Assembly (NCBI RefSeq): GCF_001194135.2
Contig: NC_068990.1
Span: forward strand, 36,302,376-36,366,375
Source of the DNA: Octopus bimaculoides
Taxonomy: Eukaryota
Direction: 5' to 3'
Length of the DNA stretch: 64,000 nucleotides
Positions within the stretch are counted from its first letter, which is position 1; the number at the start of each line of letters is the position of its first letter. Shown here one piece after another: positions 63,568-64,000 of the stretch. Below the pieces are notes generated by a model. It did no database searches and had not been told where the DNA came from. It was given only the letters and a program-made list of their open reading frames with translations. Position numbers and translations under genes: made by a program.

Positions 63568-64000
63568 GAATATCTGTTTGCCTATGTATTCATCCATCCA
63601 TCCATCCCTCTATCCATCCATCTATTCACACAGAAACACAGAAATCAAAACATCTAACCTATGGCAGTAGTTGGTTTTGTGCCAAAGGGGCAGTGGGAAG
63701 TTCCTAGCTTGAAGGGTATCACAAAAAGCCTGGTTAGAGGCCCAACCTTCTGAGTACTTTCACAGAGCTTAGAAAAATCAAAGGACCACTGCAATAAGTG
63801 TGTGAATCTGAGAGGGAAATATCTTGTATAAAATCATAATTAACTGATCCTCATGTATTGTCTTTTACCCAAGGCAGGAACTTTTCAGCAACACATCGTA
63901 TTACATTGCAGTTATCTATGATATTTTGTATATTCCTGTTTATGTATATGCTTTGCTGATTTGTGTGCATGGTATGAGTAAACTTCAGCAAAGAAAACTT

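Overview
AT-rich, microsatellite-dense animal genomic DNA with many N gaps. The SINE repertoire and the (TA)n/(TG)n/(AAT)n load look like an octopus draft scaffold; this is my inference from recalled repeat families, not a database result. I recognise no host protein-coding exon, rRNA, true tRNA gene or CRISPR array. The window is mostly layered transposon relics: RTE LINEs, restriction-like-endonuclease (REL) LINEs (R4/Dong-like, a second REL family with a YYLP(L/M)R(H/Y)D motif, and one CRE-clade 3' end), a CR1/L2 fossil, a gag-like LINE ORF1, a Gypsy 5' end with a tRNA-Ser-type primer site, two Tc1/mariner transposases, two hAT-type MITEs, a Penelope fragment, and about 30 copies or fragments of three tRNA-derived SINEs (working names A, B, C). 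All protein calls come from manual translation and motif recognition. The most notable observations are the CRE-type endonuclease, a 55-bp minisatellite whose four units each keep a perfect CArG box, chains of retroelements stacked in (AAT)n tracts, an RFX/ETS/NF-Y promoter-like cluster, inverted SINE pairs that could be ADAR substrates, and locally templated inversions at (TA)n that may be assembly artefacts. I found nothing I can honestly call a new biological system.
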